This document shows, in pieces, positions 55,901 through 64,000 of a stretch of DNA of 64,000 nucleotides (within the stretch, counting starts at the first letter, position 1; the number at the start of each line of letters is the position of its first letter). The stretch is from Phallusia mammillata (Eukaryota), in contig OZ281500.1 in the NCBI GenBank assembly GCA_965637545.1, positions 22,196,001 through 22,260,000 of the forward strand, given 5' to 3'. The notes below the pieces were generated by a model. That model saw nothing but the letters and a program-made list of their open reading frames with translations. It had not been told where the DNA came from and ran no database searches. A program made the position numbers and the translations under genes.

Positions 55901-58900
55901 TATTTGCTGATAAGTAAACTGCAGACAGTACACACTGTTCAACCTACAATATCTCATCCGTGCAGCTGGTGCATGTTATAGATGATGGTATAGACCACTA
56001 GTGTAGCCGTCATGTATTTACTGGATACTAATCAAACTTAATATCTTAGTTCTGTGGACGATAGTAGTTTCTAAACTACACTTTTTACCGAGTGAATTTT
56101 TACCACATTTAGATATGTTTGTTGCTTACAATATGAATAGGTATTTGATGTAACCTTGCCTCATTTTCACAGCACTAACAAAGCTCTCCCAGTTATTGAG
56201 CGTGGGAAATACAGTCATGTGGTAGGAAGAAGGAAGGGAAAAAAATATGTTACGGAAGATATACAGGTGGGGAAAAACCTGAGCTTCAACACAGCAAACC
56301 AACCAAGTCTGCCTGACTCCATGAAAAAAAGGTAACCAAGCTTTTAGGCATGTGATCACACTTTTAGTTACCTGTGTCAATTTTCAACTTATTTCTAGTT
56401 GATTTTATTTCACTGGGTGAAACATATCGTAGCAACACAATTGCCCTAAAATATTCAGCAAGCCGGAAATATACAGCATTGAGATGTTATATAGTGCGGC
56501 AAAATAGAGAGCACAAGTGGATAGTTGGTAAACGCACTGCAGCTACACTGAATAGTTTCAAAAGGGCGAGTAACCTAATAGCCACTTGGCAATCAAAAAC
56601 TAATGACTTTTTCACAAATAACTGAATGTCATAACAATAATGCAGATTTTGCTCGGACATGCATGCTGCTATGTGGACTGTGATCATATGATTCTATCAT
56701 TTGTTTCCTTCTTATATAGCCCTTCCATTCTCTTTCGGATATATGAGACGAGTTCTTCATCATCTTCATCTGCTGGTTGGGACATTCCCTCCAGTGACAG
56801 GGATGGGGGGTCGGACACTGCCCTCGAGAGGAGAGACAGAAAGATTACTAGTGAAGTACAAAGTAAGTATAAATAGAATTTTTTGTAAAAAAACAGTGTC
56901 ACCTTCCAACTGTACGAACCAGTGTTAGTTGCAACACATTTGTTTTCTGGTTTGTTTTATTTTTATCTTTGCCTAAATGTGTTATGCCCGCAATTAGTTT
57001 GCGCCTGCCTCCTTGCAAGTCTATTGTGTCACTTAATGTTAATTTCACCTTTAGGGGTTGGCGGCATAAACTTTATTCAAGTGTACCTGGGACAGTGCCG
57101 CTCCGGGCAACAATAGCGGTCGAGAAAGTATTAAAACTAGTGATGTGCCGAATCGGCGAAATTTCGATTCGGCCGAAACAGAATATTCGGCGGTTTTGCC
57201 GAATAAATTCGGCCGAATCAACCGAATCATTTATGACGTCACGCCAAGTCGTACCCTACGCGTTTGACATGAAAACATAAGTTTATCTACCTGGCAATTA
57301 GTGCAGAATGGTTGTGTTTCGTCCTTATTTCAGTTCTGTGGGGTTTAACATTGCCTTAAGCATAATTTCCAACCCGGCAATGAATTACTGATTTTTTGTC
57401 TGCAGTTGGAAAAGCGATATTGTGTTAAAGAATATAATGATAGACGCGATTTTCGTTGGTACTAAGCAGAAAAGACTACGCTTTAAATGTGTGTTTGTAA
57501 AAGATTCTGTAAAAGTTTGTAAAAGAATCTTTACAAAAGTAAATTCGGCAAACCGAATATTCGGTACACCTCTAATTAAAACCTTGTGAGCACAAAGCAA
57601 GATAATGACTTTTTTTCACGGGGTTCGAACCCAGGACACTCCCGGGGACGAATCCCGATCAGTTTTTTATGCCTCTATGTGGATCAGGCGCACTAGACCA
57701 TTCGGCCAACTTTTTTTAATGCTTTAGATTAAATGGCTTAATACACCGCTGGTGGTGTAAGGGACCTTGGAAGTATAGCGTGAAAACAAAGCTAGGGTGG
57801 AATTGGGAATGTTTCTGACGTCACAACGCACCAAGCGTTTACGTAAATGCTCGATGTTCCACCAAACAGAACATTTGCAATTTTGGTCCATCCCTATTAC
57901 AAACCTTACAAACCAATAGCAGTGGTTATGATTCAAAAGTGTTTATGGATGATCGTTCGTATTTCATATTTTAATGCTTCATATTTTTGTTTAAGGATTT
58001 GTCCGAGACAAGTTGCAAGACCGCAGTGTCAGTGTGTTGGTGGGAATGGGAAGGATGTTCCGCTCACTGGACACAAGCGGCGACGGTCTTCTTAGTAAGG
58101 ATGAGCTGTACGCTGCATTGCAGGAATTTGATATTCGTTTGCCAAATCAGGTAACTTCGATTTTTCTATTATTTAAAAATTGCTGTCGCGGCAGGTTCAT
58201 TTTTTGTATGCTATCTTAAAAAAGAGGGTACGAAAGCGTCCTAGGTCGTTCGTTTTTCTATGGTAGATGTCAAAAATCCAGTTTTTACTGGAGTATTTGC
58301 CGTTACTAAAATGACCGTTCATATATTGCAGTACACTCCTTGGATAGTCGATTTTAGTTAAGCGTTCATGACTACGAACGATTTGTTTCAGCTACAGTTA
58401 TGATGGTGTAGCTGCAGCACGTTTAGCAATTATCCACCAAATGTTTCCTTCAGGACATTTGACGTTCCGCAACTATTTTGGTGCTTGATAAATGTTTGAG
58501 ACAAATGTGTGGTTTAATGTTTTATGTTTTTCGATCAGGACTTCGAAGCTGTCTGGCGGGTTGTCGATGAAAACAATGATGGAGCGATCGACTATGGTGA
58601 ATTTATGCGAGCATTTATCGGTAAGCCAAACTGTTTATGACGTCATATTTTTTCCAACAAAACCATTATCTTCTTGTTACGTCATAGGCGAAATGAACGA
58701 GGTACGTAAGCAGATCGTCCGTAAGGTTTTTAAGAAACTTGATCCTCACAAATCGGGTTCTGCCAATCTCTTGGATCTGCAAAAACTCTACAGCGCGAAG
58801 CGACATCCGCTAGTGGTCGCAGGTGAGTCGAAATTAATATTTGTTTAGGGGTTGGATTTTTCTAAAAAAATATTTTTTAGGCAACTTCACGCAAGCGGAA

Positions 58901-59059
58901 ATGGAAGAGCAGTTCGTGACGTCAGTGGCCGACGTCACCGGGTCACGTGACGGTCGTATATCGTACCTCGAGTTTGTGGATTATTACGAGGGACTGAGCC
59001 TCGCCATGATGAGCGACGACGATTTTGTGAACATGATGCGAAACTGCTGGGGCGTGTGA
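52994..59059 (+). CDS. CAPS2: Calcyphosin-2 (EF-hand protein), 635 aa
   Basis: Exons 52994-53052, 53372-53615, 53679-53837, 53925-53979, 54109-54188, 54307-54408, 54739-54926, 55499-55666, 56173-56331, 56720-56862, 57996-58150, 58539-58620, 58688-58822, 58881-59059 give 1908 nt, in frame. VPRLQLDAIV, EQVLVDQLSRHVISDVEQ, PIRFRSRRLHDTK, EF-hands (DTSGDGLLSKDE, DENNDGAIDYGE), GEMNEVRKQIVRKVF and DYYEGLS..DDDFVNMMRNCWGV match human CAPS2 from memory. Confidence 0.88.
55023..55238. mobile_element. hAT-type MITE
   Basis: TIR cagtggttctcaaact / agtttgagaaccactg; perfect TSD gtttagat. Confidence 0.92.
57138..57574. mobile_element. hAT-type MITE with subterminal ccgaat/attcgg repeats
   Basis: TIR tagtgatgtgccgaat / attcggtacacctcta; perfect TSD attaaaac (57130-57137, 57575-57582). 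Confidence 0.9.
57617..57710 (-). repeat. tRNA(Leu/Ser)-like pseudogene or SINE head
   Basis: On -: A box tggccgaatggtctagtgcg, stem cctgatc/gatcggg around an extended loop, variable arm, B box gggttcgaaccc. A diverged copy lies at about 18627-18720. There is no clean acceptor stem. Confidence 0.6.
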
Positions 59060-60568
59060 GGGGTCGGGGGCGTCAACCTAATGCTGGGTGTAGACAAGCT
59101 TGTCGGCATTGAAGTCATGCTGATGTAACGCTGTAGAACAAGGAGTTTTTGCCGTTCTATGAATTTAAGCACTGAAGGCCTTTGCAAACAGCAACCTTTG
59201 CACGCCGCCTATAAAGCTTTTTAAACGAAAATGCACAGTTTGGGGATATTTTGTATCAACTATATAACCTTTATAAGTACGAAAGTCCCAGATCTTTATA
59301 TTAAGTGGTGTTATCAAACAAGGGTTGAAATCTAAAGAGAACATGTACTTTGCGCAGCAAACGTACACGTGACACTTTTCGAAAGTTTCTTATCGAATCG
59401 GTGTCTTATGATTTTAGAAAATCATACTTATTTTTTCATTTGACACCAAGAATCTATTTGCCACGAAAACCGTGGTGTTTTGGTAAAAATCTGCACTTTT
59501 GTTTTGTTTATTTACTTGTTATTTCGCAATAGATACATAGCGCGTTGATCATTCCAATACATCCTGTTTGTTGTAGTGTTTGTCCTAAACAGTTTCCCAC
59601 TTTCCATGTTGCAAAGTCTAGGCATGTTTTGTTAGCCCCTAGATTTTAATCTTTGTGGGCATATCCAAATTATTGCGATTTTATGACAAATACTAATATA
59701 GTCCGCATTTGCGATTATTTTTTTTCCAAACGCTGTAATAACGAAATAAATTTTCCAGACTGTGAGTCTATAAGCTCGTTGGTTTTTAAACATTTTTTTT
59801 AAACACATTCACTCTAACCCGGCAATATATAGACACCCATTGACAAATCTTGTTTCCATCTAAGAAATATTGATAACGTTTTTGAAAACGCAATGGTGTG
59901 GCATTTGGCTTTAGAAAAGCAAGTTGTAAATTGGTGTCCAAGCCAAGAAAAACTTTTGCAACTTTACCTAATTTGCATGCATCATCACTTTATTTTAGCA
60001 AGGGTGTTAAGCGAAGTGACTTTTCGCCAACAACAAAAAAATAAGCAAAGAATACACACAAAGATAACAATTTGTGTGAATAATAATAAATAGTCAATTA
60101 TAAGTTAATTTTTGTCTCAACAAGTCAATAGCCAAGATTTGTGTAATATATTCGGAAAATGACGCTAAATTCATACTAACCGTTAGATTAAAAGAACAAT
60201 TTCTTACATCAAAGTCGTTAGTCCAAGCTTGCGTATAGATTTCATTCTTATAAAGTTTTTTATAACACTGGTTTTAATTGCTACCGCAGACGAACAAAAA
60301 GCTTAACACGAAATAAATATTGTAATTGTTACGTATTGCAAAGTGTGTGACGTCACTTGGCATTTATGTCGCCGAAAACAGACGCGACATAATTTTTTTT
60401 ATGTTCAAGAAAAACTTTTTGAATATGGTAATTAATGTATGTTTATAGCACCCGCTTTAAAACTCAATACTGCCCGTTCTGGCACAAATTGATCAGTTCC
60501 ACAGGACTTCTCCTAATCTAACATTATTAGAAGTTTCAAACTTTCATGTGATCAAACAAACTCTTTTA

Positions 60569-63004
60569 CTATTTTGTTGCATCATGAACAACAATTTCAT
60601 TAGAAGTCAAAGTCCTTTGCGTTGGCGGGTGGCTTGAATATATGACGTCATCGCTGTCGTCATCAATTTCGCCATTGTTCGTGAATGCTTGATAATCGCT
60701 TGACCTTAGATCTCGGTTTACCAGAGGATCGCGCTCGTTGCCATGATTTGACGGGAAAAAATGCGTCGTGTCCTCGCCAAGAGATACTGTTGTGTTGTCG
60801 TCACCCTCATCGTTGTCTCGGCGCATACATTGACGAAACCTACGTTAAATTAATTATTAAAAACATCAGGCATTCAGTCTTATAAACAGGCGCTATGGTT
60901 TATTCCATGCCAGGGGCTTATAGGTTAAAATTTGTCCAAGGCCACTTTTTGAACTAGCTATAGGAGCCGCGGGCTTCAATGACAACACATATGAGTATAC
61001 GTGAAATTGCTCCCAAGTAAATGACAACATAAGTTTGATATTTGGCAAATATAAGCTTAACTAAAACACACACAAAAATGAACGTTTTTTTAAAAAAGTT
61101 CACGCTTTGAGCATAATCGGACTTAGTTCGTATTATTTCATTTTTTGTTCCTACGTATCACAATGATGAATTGACCATTTTTAACGTGCGGCGATAAAAA
61201 CGTTTGAAAAAATAAAATTCAGAGGGTACGAAGCAGAGGGTACGACATGCAGGGTGAAACTATATGCTATTTAGGCCTATTAGTGAAGAATGCGTAACAA
61301 GTTACTTTATTACATACAGTTTCTAGAACGGGTTAGTTTTGTACTACTTACAATACTGTTTTCATGCTTGCATTCAACACCCAAGTTATACACTGAGTTT
61401 AATTCCTATTGTTACAATTTTATTTACTTCTGTCGGCCATTTTAGACAGGGGGTACGAGAAAATTTTAAGAAAGCTCAAATGGTACGAGCGCAAAAAAGG
61501 TTAAGAAACACTGCTCTAGGGCCACATCTGGGAGTGCAGGTCGCATGTTGGTGATTCATGTTCAACATTTTGCTGCCAGCTATTTTACATGCAAATGAGA
61601 TGTTTTTTCACCTGTTAAATAACGTGGAACCTCAAGTCATGTGATTGTGACAATTCATTATAATATTCGATTCGGCTTTACGTAGAATCATGCTACGTCT
61701 GGCCACGATCTAAATTGCTTTGCTGTTGGTGGCTACTGAATAAACAAACTAACCAAAAGTCTGGCCTATTGCTGCAAGTAGAATCCGGAAGAGCAATTCG
61801 CGAACACGCAATACACTTTCCTATCCTACATCAGAGGCCCCTAATCGGTTTATTCTTTGCAGATCTAAAAGATTTTACCTATTTTTTTGAAACACTAATC
61901 CCAAGGCAATGTGTTACTATGTTTGTTGCTTCAAGATGTGCGTAAACAAAATGCAGTACCATACATGTATTGGTTAATATACCAGGTCAAAAAATGGAAA
62001 AAAAACTAGTCCCCGATCAAAAAAATAATAACAAACAGAGTGTGACGCAACAACACACTTACCCACAAAGTCGAACAATGATGCTTGTTGAAAGGAATTC
62101 TTCACCGGTTACTCCATAGGAAATATGCTTTGAGCCGATTTCACGTTGCTGTCTTTGCTTTAAAACTGAATTATAGGAAACGAGACAGACGCAGCACACT
62201 AGAATAATTGTCAGTACTGCTACAAGCATCATTAGTGGCGTCAAATTAAGATGAGCAGCAATGTTTGCTGGAGTAGTAGTAGTTGCAACAACTGTTTTTT
62301 GTACAGACTGTACGATGCTGCTTAAATTTAGGGATTGTGCATTTCCAGCAGTCGCCATATTTGCTTGGAACCAGGCTACCGTAGAACTAGATTCCTTGAC
62401 GAAAGACTTTCTTAAAAGTTTTGGTTAATGTAAGCAGATTTAATAATTTTTGTCTGTACATGCTTGAAAGAAAACAGAATTAGGTAAAAACAGTAAAAAT
62501 AAAATATCAGACTTCAGTATGTGAACATACATTGTAATTTGAACCCAATACAAAGGCATTGCCCAAATATAGGCTTGCAAAGTTTACAATGGCGTATTTA
62601 AACTACAACATAATTGCCTTGAAAACATCGATAATTAATCTTTTCACAACGAAAGGGTAAAATGTTCTCAAAGTTTAAAAATAAACTATAGTCAACTTTA
62701 AAAACGACCTCTCTGACCTAAAACGCTAAGTAAGGAAAATCAACATTTGCGGCTTAAAGAATGCGTCGTCTTACGCATTTTTGTTTATGGATGTACATTC
62801 GCGTTGTAAGAAATGGTTACCTTGCACGAACGGACGTATTACCCGGAAACTAAATTCAAATGGGCACGTTTTGCCGCAAAGCTTTTCCAGTAAAGCGCGC
62901 GCATGATTCACAGCGGTTATTCCTAAATAAGAATCCTTAAGCGATTGTTTACTTAAAAAATTCAAAACATTGTTGGTCTGCGATAAACGTTTTTGAAGAA
63001 GACT
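60569..63004 (-). CDS. Uncharacterised single-pass membrane protein (at least 282 aa; 5' end unresolved)
   Basis: Phase-compatible exons 62775-63004, 62063-62410, 60569-60839. It has an S/T-rich stalk, a TM (LMMLVAVLTIILVCCVCLVSY) and an acidic tail with DYQAF. A possible extra 48-nt upstream exon near 63384-63431 encodes LLLLKYSAASISIWEQ. No family recognised. Confidence 0.6.
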
Positions 63005-64000
63005 CTGCATAACAAAACAAACACGGTTTACTGAGAACGTTTTTGTTGCAAAAGATACAAAAACTTTCTTCTCCCACTCAGCTTTCCCTATTATCCATAC
63101 TTCAGTAAACCAGTATTTGATTATCCAGTCGGATAATAAACGGTTTTATGAGATGACAATATTGTAAAAACAAAGTACAAAACCTTGTACTGTAAACTTT
63201 ATGTTTCAATCTTTAATGCATTGGTAAAAATGATCCTATATCTTGCAATCTTGAGAAAGGTTTGTATTGAAAAGGCAATGTTAAACTTAGAAAAAACGTT
63301 TGTTTTGGTGAAGGCATGCTGAAGGTGCGCTTTATTGTACGAATTCAATTATCCCTTTTTTACTTATTCAGTTGTTTTCATAAAAACCTGCTCCCAAATA
63401 GATATCGAGGCAGCACTGTATTTTAACAGGAGTAACTGTAAATCTTTTAGCGGAGAGCTTGGCTTTCACATATAAATGCGCACCAACTTCCGGCATTAGG
63501 AACTGTTCTTGGTGGTGTCGTTATTTCTTTCAACATGTTACTAAAGCTGAGAAGTATACACGAAACAACTGCTAGGTCTGCCAACATCACACACTTGCTT
63601 TAAGCAGCTATTAACGCGTATCAGAACGAGCTTTGTGCAACCAAGTGTGAAAGCAACTGAATGGAAATATAATTCAAATACCAAGTCCCTTAACGTTCTG
63701 CACATATTCGTGGGTAGGTATATCTCGAAGCTTGCAAAATCTGTAATCGTACAGTTACGCAAAGCATTGTCTTGTACGTTGTACCACTGGCCTAAACTGA
63801 ATTGAACTGTCATAATCCAGCTTACAATAACACTTTGATGATTAGACGTTCGTTAGGGTTGCTATTTACATTTTCCGTCACCATATGGACCTTATTAACG
63901 ACATTTAAACAGCGGGGCTAATTGCTAATGCAACGAAACAATGACTTTTGTTTGGAGCGTAGGCCGGACGCTTAACGTTTTGCCGAATCATCAAAAATCA

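Noticed and set aside
63541-63813. 90-aa Cys-containing minus-strand ORF as a possible 5' exon of the orphan TM gene
   Set aside because: No phase-compatible donor was found; cannot be resolved at the window edge.

Overview
AT-rich, intron-rich animal genomic DNA, most likely an ascidian tunicate. That assignment is inferred from the chordate-type proteins, the short GT-AG introns (down to 58 nt) and the splice acceptors just before start codons. I rebuilt nine spliced gene models by hand from splice sites, phase continuity and remembered homology; most exons are invisible in the ORF track. (1) SUPT20H/Spt20 (- strand, at least 15 exons), with (2) a LINGO-like LRR-Ig-TM gene nested on the opposite strand in its 8-kb intron. 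(3, 4) A tandem dihydropyrimidinase pair: copy 1 has a 14-nt frameshift deletion and several damaged conserved residues, while copy 2 is intact and carries a CRMP-type C-terminal tail. (5) A minimal 85-aa Crumbs-like protein. (6) A 3-exon CCDC200-like gene. (7) A slicer-motif Argonaute. (8) Calcyphosin-2, head-to-head with the Argonaute. (9) An orphan single-pass membrane protein. Introns contain hAT and Tc1/mariner-type MITEs with TSDs, a Helentron-like element nested in a MITE, and tRNA-derived repeats. The most unexplained feature is a ~350-nt, 62% GC, densely base-paired island (42075-42430) downstream of the Argonaute stop codon. Its helices gain G-U pairs on the minus strand, making it a candidate structured ncRNA or 3'UTR element. 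There is no CRISPR array or prokaryotic system.
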